From assembly GCF_964204645.1 (NCBI RefSeq), contig NC_134028.1:806001-870000 (forward strand): a DNA stretch of 64,000 bases, in the 5' to 3' direction. Under the pieces are notes generated by a model. That model was not told where the DNA came from. It saw only the letters and a program-made list of their open reading frames with translations, and searched no databases. The DNA is from Tubulanus polymorphus. Lineage: Eukaryota > Animalia > Nemertea. Shown one piece after another: positions 11,601-42,661 of the stretch (its first letter is position 1; every line of letters starts with the position of its first letter). Made by a program: the position numbers and the translations under genes.

Positions 11601-12631
11601 AGTTTGAGAGTCTTGAGCTGATGTTTATATCATATATATCCTGATAGCCATCTTCACGAATACAAGAGTTATAACGCAAAGTTATGAAATATTCATTTAC
11701 AATCCAGAACAAAGGGACAAATTAAGTAATAAGATTATATCGATAAAAACAAGGGGGTGATATACAACCATTAAAACAATTACAAGTTATTATTTCTCTC
11801 AAAAAAAGGTGAATATATCAGCTCAAGGAAACATTTTGGAATTTTTCTTTTCCCAGTGTGGGATCATTACAACATGGACTGAGAGTGTTTCATCAATAGT
11901 TATTCATCCTTATACACTGTATACCATTAAAACATATAATCACAATGTGTGTACTGTTCACAGAAGAGACACTTTGGTCCCATTCATTATTTCAACTGGA
12001 AACTTTACAAGTTCAGTAACAATTTGTTCACATTTGTTGTAAAACCAATCGAACTCATTTACGCTACATTGTATGTGACGTCTGTAAATAAATATCTTTT
12101 TTAATAGCACCAAAAACACTTTCATTCAGGAAACAATAATGAACGCATTCAGTTTTAAATCTACCCGATATAAAAAGCTTAACAGTAATAATCAGTTTAT
12201 TTTACTAGTTGAGCAAGAGACATGAACGCATTTATTACAAAGCTGTATATTGCAGTAAGAAGCTCATATCGATTACTAAATGCAAATAAACGTGAACATC
12301 GATTGAAGCAGTCTTTAAAACATTACATCTACAACATTTCAATCATGAACCAGGAAACACAGTCAGGGAGGGTTAGAGCTGCCTGAACCAAAGCGAAGAA
12401 CCATAAAACCATAAACAAGGTTCTTACTTCTCTAAATATATATATGTATATCGGTACGAGTTTATAGGATATTGAAATTAAGTAGACATCAAAATGTTCA
12501 TATACAATTAATCATTAAAATGTAAGTGATTTTAAGAGCTGCGAGTCAGAATCGTTTATTTATTTGTCTGCCATTTCTGCTGATATGAAGCATGATGTGA
12601 GTTGCGCTGAATGTGAGTCCGTAGAATGTTA

Positions 12632-14364
<1,733 letters not shown>

Positions 14365-15517
14365 ATTGATCCGAGAATTCAAACATGCCGCGAAGCTCGG
14401 CTCCAGTATCCCGCTGTCTCTTTGTCACGTCGTGGATGACGTGATTTTTGACATGTTTCGATGTTTTGGGTTGAACTAGTACTAAAATCTTTCAAAGCAA
14501 ATATGTTGACTCCGGCTGTAATAAATATCACACAAAAACAAAGGTCACGTAAACTTTTGTTGAAAATAATACTCATAGATATTGCCTTCAAACATTAGAA
14601 ATGAATCTAAGAATTACCATTTGAATCTTTGAAAATGAATTAGGATAGATTAATTCAAATTTCATTATACTGTACGTTGAATATTGGTTCGAATCCCATT
14701 TTAATCGGATCCGCTATAAAGATACCGGACTAAATTAACGCAATCTTCTGCGCATAACTCATATAGAACTGTACAAAACTAGCATTAGAAATGCATAAAA
14801 AGCTATGTTTTATTAGATTTTGAACAGAAGGCGTGGTTTGAATAAAGAAGTGTTAAAGGTTAAACCGCAACACACGAAGGATATAGGGCATTCTAAAGAG
14901 TTTGGAATTTCTGTTACGTGGAGTCCCGTGCCATCACATGAACAGCTCAGCCCAGTCATTTCGAGCCTTAATAAAAACAAAATCTTTATCTTGACAATAG
15001 GAAACGTCCATCCTTTAAAATATTCTAATATTTCACTCTTACGCTAAGTGTCGATGCAATATTAGTTTGATAAATGCACATGATAATCAGCCTGGTTCAT
15101 TTTGAATATTTCATCACTTAAAACCGTAAAAACTGCTCGATACCACCGACCTTAAACATTTCAAATCGTACATATCATTTGATGAAAGAAGTTGATTCAT
15201 AACAAAAGACAAAAACAACAATCACACTCCTATTCTTTAGTTGTTTATTTCTTAATTTTACATATTTTCCAGTTATAATATCCGCCGGTTCGTTTATGTC
15301 AATCAGGTGTGATTAGTATTGTATGAGGTACCGTCCCGAGAAATGCTCGAGTGGCCCGTTTACGTACCGAAGACTTTACACTGATTGATCTGTCAAACTG
15401 ATAAATAGATAAACGTGTGGCGGTGGTAGCAGTATCAGCGTTATTGAACCTCAGTCATATCGATGAGGGAGGAATTAAACTACTCTCAATAACAACAGAG
15501 ATACGGATCAGGAGAAA

Positions 15518-31000
<15,483 letters not shown>

Positions 31001-34000
31001 CTGTCTCTGAGTTTATGTTGAGGGGGTTGGCATGACTTAAAACTAACTACTTTTTACTACCAGAAACCATAGTATGACTAACTGACATCCGTGGTACCTG
31101 TCCTTCTGACCAATTTGACTTCCCCTTTGTTTATCTTCAAATTCTAAATCTGCCCTGATAACTTTCAAATTTATGAAACATATTATTCGACGGTCCACCA
31201 CTATGGGTGTTAGACCCGTCAAAGGTGAGAGTAAAATAGAGTTTTATTATTTCAAATTGAATTCTAGAATCATAAGAAAATTACTTGTAATTCATTTGAT
31301 TATTTCAAGTAATTTAGAATTTCTAATTTTGTGAATGATTCTTATGTAATCAATGAATCGAATGTTTTACTATAATTTGATTTTTTTAGTTTTCAGTTTG
31401 TTTTGTTCAAACCTACAACGATATGAATCAGCAATACTTGAATATAAATTTGAATTTAATTTGTTTTTTTAATTTTGAGTAATTGTCATTGTTTCATCAA
31501 TGGGTGTAATTGCTGCTGCTGCTCAAAGCATCTTGAATTCTAATCTGCTTCATTTGCTTGTATTTATGTAATGTATTTATGCTTTTCTAATCGTGATATA
31601 TTTGCATTATTTCATCTATATAGGTATCATTAAAATTATCATTAGATATTTTTTGTGTAAGTATTTCTAGTCCAGTACGTGTGTACTCTAACTCCCCCTG
31701 GTGGTGAACGGCTTCAAATGTACTGAGAATTTCACAATTAACACAACCACAATTTCCTTATAATTAATCGAACAATGTTTTGTCGTGTTAAATAATGGTT
31801 CTTGGTCAAGTTTCACGAAAAAGTTAAACACAATGTTTTGGTTTAATATCAATTGTTTACTTCATATGTTACACCACTGAAGGCAACAATAATATTAACC
31901 ATTTTAAGAACTTTTTCATGAAACTGCACATAAATCACCACGGTGTAATGATTATATCATCACTAATGACTTTCGGGTGAATTACCGTTTTTTTCAGCCT
32001 TGAAAACTTTTCACCAAAATCATTTATTATCATAGAATAAAATAAATCGATCAATAATACAATTATAGAATTTCACAATCAGATTCATCATCGCTAATTC
32101 AAATATTCAATTTGAAATTGTTTCGAGCTCAGACAGATGAAAAGGAGTTTACTTTATTCAATATATACATCTATATCCTTAAAAAGCTTATTCAAAGTAT
32201 ATAATTAAGGTTAAAAGTGTGTCATTGATTTTGAAATTAGATGAATTAATTACATGTAACAATTATTTGTTGGTAAAATCATCATTTATTTTATGGATAT
32301 TTAATTTGTTTTTTATCTCGTTTTACAGCAATCGGATGCGATCACCTCATCCTTACTATTACTAGTGGCTCCACCTGTTGGTTGACTGCTCAAACTACAC
32401 TGCTTCACCTCGCTGAGTGCCTTCAGTACAATAGTATCATCACATCATGTCATGTTTGTGTGCGTCGTAGCTAAACGTAGATGGAAACTGTGACGAATAC
32501 CGGAAAATATTCAAACTCAGATTGTGATCACTCAAATATGGTCACAGATTGTGAGCTGTGGAACACCCCCTCACTGGGATCTTCCTCACTGGGTTACCCC
32601 CCTCACTGGGATCTTCCTCACTGGGTTACCCCCTCACTGGAATACTCCATCAGATTTCAGTATATTTCATGAGCCGAGTTGTTTAGGATTGGTGTTGCTG
32701 ATGGTGCTATATTTCTAACAGGGTGGCGATTGCTCACACCTAGCGTTGAGCGGTGCTCTTGCATGGCGCTAGTGTGGCTCATATGGTGTTTTTGCGTCCA
32801 TTGTTTTCATCGTCAATAGTGATAACCGATGTTTTGAATATTTATTTATTTTTGTCGTTTGTTTTTCAACGGATACTATAGAGCGTTCATAAACTAATTT
32901 TCAAGCATCATTGATGAAATATTTTATTCCTATTAAAACTATAGTGTGTTCATTCAGTTTTATCTTTGCAATCTACGCATTCATGACATACTCGCTGACA
33001 TTCATTGCACTCCATACATGGCTCAGTTTCACAATTAACCCTTTTATTGCAAACTCCTACTACGAGAGGATGTAATTCAGTAATTAATGCTCGTTAAACT
33101 GGGCTTTGTTTATAGAGTTCAATGTTGTTTAGTTCTCTACGCATTTCATCAATTTTTGTTTTGCTTTGCCAGGAGTGATTTCTGAATGTACGAAATCGAA
33201 ATTTGTAAATAGCTCAATCTATGATAATGAAAATAACATTTACATTTATACGTTCCCTTTACATTTATACGGCTCCTTTACATTAATTCTACTCATTTCT
33301 AACGAACTATTAGGTTTATTATTGAAGTCAGATTTTGTGTAGAATACTTCGCATTCAGAAGTTTATCTGATCATCTGTGATTTTATAGAGTGATTTTAAC
33401 GTTATTATCTTTTATTAGACATTGCCTCTTTCATTGCCGCGAGGAATTATAATCATTGCACAAAATGTAGGACTGGAACCTAATTATACCCTTAAATAAT
33501 ATTTTGCAAATCCTCTCCATGAGTGCAAAATATGTTTTCTTTTTACTCCCGCTAGAACTGGAGTGGAGCCTCCTCATGATTTAGTGCAATTTTGATAATC
33601 ATCATCAATTTTCTTAGATGTACAAATTATGCATATTTTAATTTGTGTAGTTATGAATATATTGTTAAACTCTGACACTATTTTATTTCCTTACATCACA
33701 AACACACGTTTTACTGGTATACACTCAGTTTCTATGCAATGTGAATTTAATCAAATCATTCCTAAACAATTGTATTCATTATAAAGCTGTATTAATGAAA
33801 ATTTGCTTATTTGCGTTCATTACTATAAATATAAAGGTAAAACATTGGGTGAAAATGACATTGTATTTATTAACATACGTTGCCTCTTAATTTTATATCA
33901 ATATCGATATCACTTAATTACTGTACAAATTGTCTTTCATGTCAGAGAGTAGAGAATATTGTTCAACTGGAACTGTACTTGACATCAATACTGACAAAAT

Positions 34001-35610
34001 ACCTGTACACCTCATGAGGTAGAGCTGTACTGGTACATTCTACCCTGCCTTGCGGTGAAATAGTCGATGAAACTAGAACTTCATTTCAGTAAAAATTATG
34101 TTGAAGACTTATGTATTACTGGTATTACAAAAGTATATTACAAAAGGTATTACCGCTATAAGTAAACAACTTGATGTATATTTGTCTGCAGCAGAGTTGA
34201 ACCCATTAATGAATGAAGCCTGTTTATAATAATGAATACAGAACATTTGACAATATTTACCGGTACGATACATCTGTGTGTAATTTTGATTATGTTTAAA
34301 TCATATAATTTATACATCTCACGTGCAGCTTGGCACATGATTAGATTTTGTACATTATGTTGGTTATGTCATTATGTATGTATGTACATAGTCATTATAG
34401 AGGGATTGTGGCGTAATAACTACCAAATATGGGAGTATTTCATTATATTTAGTCCAGTGAGTTATGTATATATATTGCCGTGGTCGCTGTGTGACTTGCA
34501 AATGTTGTTACTTGACCTCACATTTTGAAGGTCATCACTTGACCTTCATAATTAAATTTCAGCCCATGCTTCAAAATCTATTTCATATTTTTGCCAAAAT
34601 ATGCACAAAATACAATGAATTTTGCCCATGCATCATTTCACTCAATTAGAGGCTGTGTTTTGCTGGCAGTAGCTCCCATAGGACATTCGGTACAGTAGTT
34701 ATTTAGTGCAATTCCTCAACGATTTATACACAGACTAATCAAAAACAAAACAACGAATTTTACAATTATTAATATTTATTTCAATCAGACATTTTGGAAA
34801 AACTTTTTGATGTCGGGTTTTTATGTCTTGTGCAGAATGTAATCATGATTTCTATTGTTGAACAATTTCGAGAAAAGTTCCAAATAAAATCCATCTTTTA
34901 ATCTGGATTTGCTGCTGCTGCTCTTGCTGAAATCTATTGAATTTTCAGTATTAGAATCAAACAGCTCAAAGTTTATAGGTCCAAAGTATATTTACATCTA
35001 TTGAATACTGACATGATTCATACTATACTAAATATTGTCTTGATTTTTTGTGCTCACAGTAATTTACGAAAATTTCTAAATCTAGATTTTATAATCGAGC
35101 GTCGAAAATTTGATCTCGTGATATTTTGTAATTCATACTTATGAAATTTTCTATCGTGTAATTTGTGCACCGTGTCTGAAGACAACGTCGAGAACGTTGT
35201 GTATTTTTTGTACTGTTTTGAAGATAGAAAATTCACTGCTGTCAATAAGAAGTGTTTGTAATACGTTCAGGTTGTGAATTACGTCCTATTTCATCGCGTT
35301 CATATTTCACAATATTTGCAATGAACAGTATTAGAAAAATAGATTGGTAAATGGATATAGCTACTGTGTAAGCTTCATTCTGTAAACTGGTTAAAACAGA
35401 GGTTTTAACTATGTATAGCACCGCCTTATTAGAGTTATCTACGTATCCCATGACACAAGGGTTCATTCACAATAGATATACATATAATATTTGATGTTGA
35501 AATGATGACTTATGCTATGAATTTTGTACTGATCGATGTAACTCTGTATCAATGGAACCATGTACGCAAATATTCTCCTATTTATTGCTTCACATGATGA
35601 AGTATATATA

Positions 35611-35823
35611 CAGGTCCGTGCCGAGGGGGGTCCAGGGATAGCGAACAAACCCCCTTTTATTTTCATGTTCAAGTAATCCATTATCAAATGATTTATTCAG
35701 GTACTGAGGAGGATCCTATTTAAGATCTGTCTTTTTTCAAAAGGAAAGTGCCCCTTTTCACGGGAAAAGGTGCCCTTGTTCTTGAAATAGAACAGCCCCT
35801 CAAAAAAGCCTGGCACAGGCCTG
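35611..35823. mobile_element. Non-autonomous hAT-like DNA transposon, ~213 bp
   Basis: TIRs CAGGTCCGTGCC ... GGCACAGGCCTG. GTATATAT occurs on both flanks (one base out of register), consistent with an 8-bp TSD. Internal repeated AAGTGCCC/AGGTGCCC. Confidence 0.7.
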
Positions 35824-36005
35824 GTATATATCACACTATTATATAGTTTGTATGTCCGTCAGAATAGAGCTTGATTTTATGACCAACGCGCGTCACTAGA
35901 TTCCATCGTCGTTCGTAGCTTATTTCCTTCCCAATATCCAGTGAATTATTAGAGACAACATTTTAATGATTTCTGAATGAAATCTGTGGATTTCTTGTCC
36001 AAGAC

Positions 36006-36140
36006 CAGGTCCCAGCTGCACAGTCGCGACTTTAAGTCCAAAAGTGGTCTTAACTCGTAAGGTCTTAAGTTGTTAGAATTGGCTATAAAACTAAGTTGGT
36101 CTTAGACTAGTCTTAAATGTAAGCCATGACTGCAACTAGC
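36006..36140. mobile_element. MITE family A copy (inverted orientation)
   Basis: Reverse complement matches 18893-19032 and 62193-62317. Confidence 0.8.
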
Positions 36141-37369
36141 AACTGATTATTTTCATTAGATATATTTGAACCATTCCGACCCAATTTTAATACCAAAATA
36201 TCTGAGGTAATTAATGAAACGTTATTTACTGTATGTGTATAGTGAGGTTGTATATTTATTTATTATACTCTATGTAGCTCCGTCCCCTGAGAGTGGAATA
36301 GACTGTATGTGACTCTACTAGGAAGAGATGGCCGACTCTATAAATCTCCTTATGACATCACCACTGACTTGAACAACAACTAAATTACGTAGGTTTTTCT
36401 GATGTATCAGGTTGCAGGTTTTATGGAGGTTGACATCTTTTCTCGAAGAGAATGTATTGATTGAAGGAGGGGCAGAAATAATACATTAAATATAATTATT
36501 TTAATATTTATTATAATCTGCGTTGTAATGAACCACACGTAACTACTATTATATGAAATAAAAACAATTGTTAAAGTCACAATTTATTTGAATAAAGTAA
36601 GAAATGGATCAAATTTCGCTAGGATGTTAATTTTTTTGTCTGGACGTTTAAAGAAATTCGAAAAGAACTTCCTCGCGAAACTGCAGCCTGGAACCACTCT
36701 CGTGGAAATAGTGCTGGAAAATAAAATGGCGGCTTTTTGAATGGTAGAAAGGTTCCACAGAGCCTACCACCTCATGTAAATTGGTTTTCACTAATTTGAA
36801 AACTTCTTTTATTAAGTTTAGATTGGATAAGTTCTGTTGATGTATCTTAAACGTGGTTGTCAAGAAGCCCCGTCCTCGGTTAAACATCATCATCTCTATT
36901 TGACCTAACTCTGTCCTAGATCAGACATCCTCACATGGAATACGAGTGTAGCCTCGTCCCGGGTCAAACTTCCTCATTTGTCCATAATTCAAGGAATAAA
37001 ATCATCATTTATTACAATACGTTATATTCTTTATACGTTAAACGTATTCTAATACAATCTTATAATATATAGTTATTGTATAAATTAATGGAAAGCATTG
37101 AATAGAAAGAAACAATTAATAATAAACATATATATATATAAACATAATAGACATTTCATCAGAAAAGTACAAAAGAACATTACTGTTTAAAAAGCATAGT
37201 TAATTATAATAATGGTAACTACTGAATCAAATACATGTACAATAATAATACCTGTTTATACAGGGGTAACTGGAGCACGGCCCTGATTAATACATTACCA
37301 AGCAAGAGGCACAGTAAAAGAATTCTATGGCTTAACTACAAAATAAGTATTCAGTTTTAAATGTTTTGA

Positions 37370-40300
37370 TTAATCGGCCATTTTAACCGATTTCGCATTT
37401 TCCACGTCGAACATCGGATCCCGTTTGAGATATTTGCGTCCGGTGAGAAAATAAAACACGTTGAGAATCTCTTCACCGCTGGTTAAACCGCTGACTGGAG
37501 CATGCGAGAAAAACGCCCACGTCTCTCCTTTAGAGATCGTGTTTAACTGCCATTTTAATACGTATAAACTCATAGCGAGAGTAATAACCGTCAGATAAAC
37601 ACAACCCATAATCCAACCTTCGAGAGAGAAAACTGACATCAGTAGATTATCGGGATGTTTAATAGTAGCGAACGCGTAAACCGAACCGAGAAATAAAAAC
37701 CCAGCGATTATCGTAACAATCGTGTAATAGAGGAACGCGCAGTGGTTCCTGTCACCGATACAACGCATAAAAAACAAACAATGATGATCGAGATTGTTCA
37801 CACATTTACGACAAAGACGACAATGTTTCGTTAGAACTGGTTGAATTATCTGAAACAAAACATTCATCGAAGTAAAACTGATGAGAAGATTTTGACGTTT
37901 TGACAATGCTATGAACAAAGTCAACTTGTCCAGGGAACAGGGAAATATATCTGCGTTGAAAATACCTCAGTCAAAACTTCTAAATCGTCTATTAATCAGG
38001 GTTATTGATATCTGCAGATATCAGTTGAATCAGACAGTAATTTATACCATACAGGTTTGTGTCGTTATACGTACCTCGCATTCAGAACAGAATCTTTCTG
38101 AAGGAACGAGTCCAATAGCGATATCTCTAACTGTAAACTCACCACTAACGTGATCTTTTACCGCAGATCGAGTCTCAAAACCTTCAAATACAAACACATC
38201 ATTATCAGGCTTTCTCTTTAGTTATACAAGCAATTCCGCTTCTAATGGATTCCTTCCACTGATATTTAAACCTTTATACCGTTAACTGTTTTACATTTTG
38301 TCCCAATTTCAAGTAGGAACAAATAGTGATTGCATAATGATGAAACGAATTAATACCAGTGACTGAATTCAGTCTGCAGCTTCTCTAGGATCAGTCTCAC
38401 AGTTGTTGATTTAGACTATTTTAAGTTAACTACCAGTAGTTCATTCCCAATGTTTTAACTTCAAGAGTCAAATCCTGAATTCTATACCGGTAACTGTTAT
38501 TTTACCTGGATCTTGAGTAGCGATTTTCAAACACAAATATAGATAGATGGGAGCAGTGATTATTACAGGGATCACTATCGGATATAGAAACTGTTTATAA
38601 ATTACTGAATCATTCGTTAAGGTCATCATTCATTTATACCGCGACAAATCATCGTAATAGTTTCTAGTTTGAAAGGATACTCGGCAAAATATGAATCAGA
38701 AAACAGAGCAGTAACTGAAGCTGTCCTCCAAAATATCCGCCCAGCTGTGAGGGACACGCCCATCTGAAATAATACAATAATATCTGTAAACAATTCCAGA
38801 AAATGTCTGATTGAGAAGAAGAAAGTATAGAAATAACGTACTGAGACATATGAGTCATTCGATGACCGTCCGTCCAAATCCGATAAATCAAACTTATCAC
38901 AACTAATAACATGACTAAACCTTGACTTTCAGAGAGAACGTACTGTAAACCAGTAACAACGCATCCAAATATAACAAACGACATCAGTAGCTTCCAGTAG
39001 TATAGAAATACAGGTCCTCTCGGGTACGAGTTCCTGTCTGATTTCAGTAACGGTTCAATCTTCTGTATCAGTGCTGTATTACTGAAATACATAATATAAC
39101 ATAAACAGTTCATCACTCAATCGAACTGACTTTCTCAACTGATTCCTTAACAACGGATTCTGATGCAGATTATTTGCAGGCGATGTTAGATTTTACCTTG
39201 GAGTGTTATTAGCTCGAGTATAATCTATCGGAGTCATTCCTTCGTTGTTTTTAATATGAATCGCTTTATTTCCGGCGACTTCCAACAATCTCCATACGTT
39301 CATTGAATTACCGTTTTTACAAGCGTAATGCATCGCGGTATTACCGAATTCATCTTGATTCATCGGGTCACAACGCTGCTGCCATCAAAATACAGTATAT
39401 TAACAACTTTCACTTTCTCAAAATAACACATTTTAAACTGTCTGAACTGACCTGATTTTTCAGTATATATTTCACAGCCTCTAGATGTCCGTGTGAACAC
39501 AGTACGTGGAGAGGAGTCATCCCGTTTATATCTGCCACTTTTAAACTCAAATTACAAACTGTCGATAGAAAATGTAGCGTCAACCTGAAATAGAAATTAA
39601 TCAAATAAGTTTCTAATCATATTCCTTACTCATATTCCTTACTCCCCTATCCACCCGAGCAGCCGGGGATCTCCCCCCAGCTGCCGGGGGATCTCCCTCC
39701 AAGCAGCCGGGGATTTCTCCCCAGCGGTCAGGGATCTCCCCCAGCAGCCGGGGATGTCTACTCCAGCAGCCAGGGATCTCTCCCCCAGCAGCCGGGGATC
39801 TCCCCCCAGCAGCCGGGGATCTCTCCCCCAGCAGCCGGGGATCTCTCCCCAGCGGTCAGGGATCTCCCCCAGCAGCCGGGGATGTCTACTCCAGCAGCCA
39901 GGGATCTCTCCCCCAGCAGCCAGGGATCTCCCCCCAGCAGCCGGGGATCTCTCCCCCAGCAGCCGGGGATCTCTCCCCAGCGGTTGAGGGATGAGTTCTG
40001 ATACTTACACACTACCCCCGACACACGCATGCAGCACAGCTCCACGGTTGACTTTATCCACTGAGTTTAGATCAGCTCCACGCTCCAGTAACATGTGAAT
40101 AAAACCTATATTTCCATTTCTACAAGCGAACATTAACGGAGTCTCGAGGAAATCATTCACACAGTTTACATCGGCGTTCAGGTGCAGCAGCATCTGCAGA
40201 ATCTTAGCATCTGTTCGTAGAGTCGCTTTATGTAGAGCAGTTAAACCATGCCAACCTACAATATAAACCCATACTACTGCTTACTAGATGAGTAGGGGAG

Positions 40301-40596
40301 GTATACCACCACACAGGGGCGGGGGGTGGGGGGACAGAGGGAGTTAAAACTGTACCTTTATCATTTATGGCTCCTCTATTTTGCATAATCATAAACATCA
40401 CCTCTTGCGCGTTACCCCCGGAAACAGCATCAATTAAACTGGGGAACTGTCTGATATCAGCAGCAGGCGCCTGCAGCATCCCTCCTGCTGCAGCAGCAGG
40501 GAGGATGTGATTACCCAGTTGTATCTGATGATGATTACAGCACTCCTCATCTCCTCCTCCTGCTCCGTGCTGATGATGATGAGATTGATGAAACAT
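37370..40596 (-). CDS. Ankyrin-repeat DHHC palmitoyltransferase (ZDHHC13/17/Akr1-like)
   Basis: His-rich N-terminus; ankyrin repeats (GLTALHKA, ETPLMFAC, MTPLHVLC, NTAMHYAC); TM helices; DPG motif; CSECE..KHCRLCRKCVNNLDHHCLFFMRCIGDRNH. About 10 exons, first 40596-40356, last ending at 37370. Confidence 0.9.
38605..38680 (-). other. U12-type (minor spliceosome) GT-AG intron, 76 nt
   Basis: 5' site GTATCCTTT and branch ACCTTAAC about 11 nt before the AG; removal keeps the frame into the DPG motif. Confidence 0.88.
39655..39985. repeat. 22-23-bp GC-rich intronic tandem repeat
   Basis: Unit CCCCAGCAGCCGGGGATCTCT, ~14 copies. Confidence 0.93.
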
Positions 40597-40780
40597 GTTT
40601 AACCGATACTGAATATCATCAGATACAAAAAAACTTTGACATATACACTCAATAAATTCCAATTCAATTCATTTCCTCATGCTCCACACACATCGCGCGA
40701 GTTACATTCATTGTAACCGCACGGCAACACTCACGTGCCAGGGCTAGCCTTGCTTGCGTAGACTGGTTACCGGTCTCTAT

Positions 40781-41229
40781 CCAGGCCAACACTTAGGGTT
40801 ACTGCGTTTATTAAAGAGGCCAACACTAGGGTTTCTGCGTTTATTAACAAGGCCAACACTAGGGTTACTGCGTTTATTGACCAGGCCAACACTAGGGTTA
40901 CTACGTTTATTGACCAGGCCAACACTAGGGTTACTACGTTTATTGACCAGGCCAACACAAGGATTTCTCCGTTTATTGTCCAGGCCAACACTAGGGTTAC
41001 TACGTTTATTGACAGGCCAACACTAGGGTTACTGCGTTTATTAAACAGGCCAACACTAGGGTTACTACGTTTATTGACAGGCCAACACTAGGGTAACTGC
41101 GTTTATTAAACAGGCCAACACTAGGGTTACTACGTTTATTGACCAGGCCAACAATAGGGTTTCCGCGCTTATCAAACAGGCCAATACTAGGGTTACTGCG
41201 TTTATTCATCAGGCCAACACTAGGGTAAC
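40781..41229. repeat. 32-33-bp tandem repeat immediately upstream of the DHHC gene
   Basis: Unit GGCCAACACTAGGGTTACTGCGTTTATTGACCA, ~13 copies. Confidence 0.95.
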
Positions 41230-41779
41230 TGCTATTAAGTTGCTTCCTTCCTTTTTGAGATTGACAATCGGTGACAAATCAAAATGTTTTTTTACAACGA
41301 CATTTATTCATTTAAACATGATATGATACGTCATTGATTGCTGTTAGCTCAGACCGAAGAATGCGCGGGTTAATGATAAAAATAATAGTAATAATTTCTG
41401 TTCTTTTCTTTTATAGTGCATTACCATAATATAATCACTGTGCTTTACAATCTTTACAATATAATTAAGACAACAGAACAGAAATATTGAAACAATGCTT
41501 TAAAAAAAGCACAATTAATAATAAGGTCATGGAAAATAGGTGCGTTTTTAAAAAGATATGTTTTGAAATTTAATCAAAAATATTCAAGTGTAAGATTTAA
41601 CTTGAGCAGGAATCGCATTCCAAAGTCTTGGACCAGCAAGCTTTTGCCAAAGTTGAGGTCTGATGTTGGCTTGACAAATTGCTTTGAGCGACTAGAGCGA
41701 AGGGATCGTGTATGTACACAATAAACACGAAGAAGTGACTTGAGGAGCAGCGGCTAAAGAGATGGGTGAGAGGGGATGA

Positions 41780-42575
41780 GGGCACAGATAGGGAACAGGG
41801 GAGCCGATTAGGGGATGGGGCACAGGTAGGGCACGGGGGAACCGATTAGGGGATGGGGCACAGATAGGGAACAGGGGAGCCGATTAGGGGATGGGGCACA
41901 GGTAGGGAACAGGGGAGCCGATTAGGGGATGGGGGCACAGGTAGGGCACAGGGGAACCGATTAGGGGATGGGGCACAGATAGAGAACAGGGGAGCCGATT
42001 AGGGGATGGGGCACAGATAGAGAACAGGGGAGCCGATTAGGGGATGGGGCACAGATAGGGAACAGGGGAGCCGATTAGGGGATGGGGCACAGATAGGGAA
42101 CAGGGGAGCCGATTAGGGGATGGGGCACAGATAGAGAACAGGGGAGCCGATTAGGGGATGGGGCACAGATAGAGAACAGGGGAGCCGATTAGGGGATGGG
42201 GCACAGATAGGGAACAGGGGAGCCGATTAGGGGATGGGGCACAGATAGAGAACAGGGGAGCCGATTAGGGGATGGGGCACAGATAGGGAACAGGGGAGCC
42301 GATTAGGGGATGGGGCACAGATAGGGTACGGGGGAACCGATTAGGGGATGGGGCACAGATAGGGCACGGGGGAACCGATTAGGGGATGGGGCACAGATAG
42401 GGAACAGGGGAGCCGATTAGGGGATGGGGGCACAGGTAGGGCACGGGGGAACCGATTAGGGGATGGGGCACAGATAGGGCACGGGGGAACCGATTAGGGG
42501 ATGGGGGCACAGGTAGGGCACAGGGGAGCCGATTAGGGGATGGGGGCACAGGTAGGGCACAGGGGAACCGATTAA
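41780..42575. repeat. 38-39-bp G-rich minisatellite downstream of the GRL101-like gene
   Basis: Unit GGGCACAGATAGGGAACAGGGGAGCCGATTAGGGGATG, ~20 copies. Confidence 0.96.
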
Positions 42576-42661
42576 AGGAAACATAGACGTAGATAAAATT
42601 AAAGCAAACAAGATGCCCACATTGATTGTGGTCGTCTTCATTCTCCCGATGCAACATTTGT

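Noticed and set aside
39143-39152. Perfect U12 branch motif TTCCTTAAC
   Set aside because: It is on the + strand, antisense to the DHHC gene, with no matching U12 donor.
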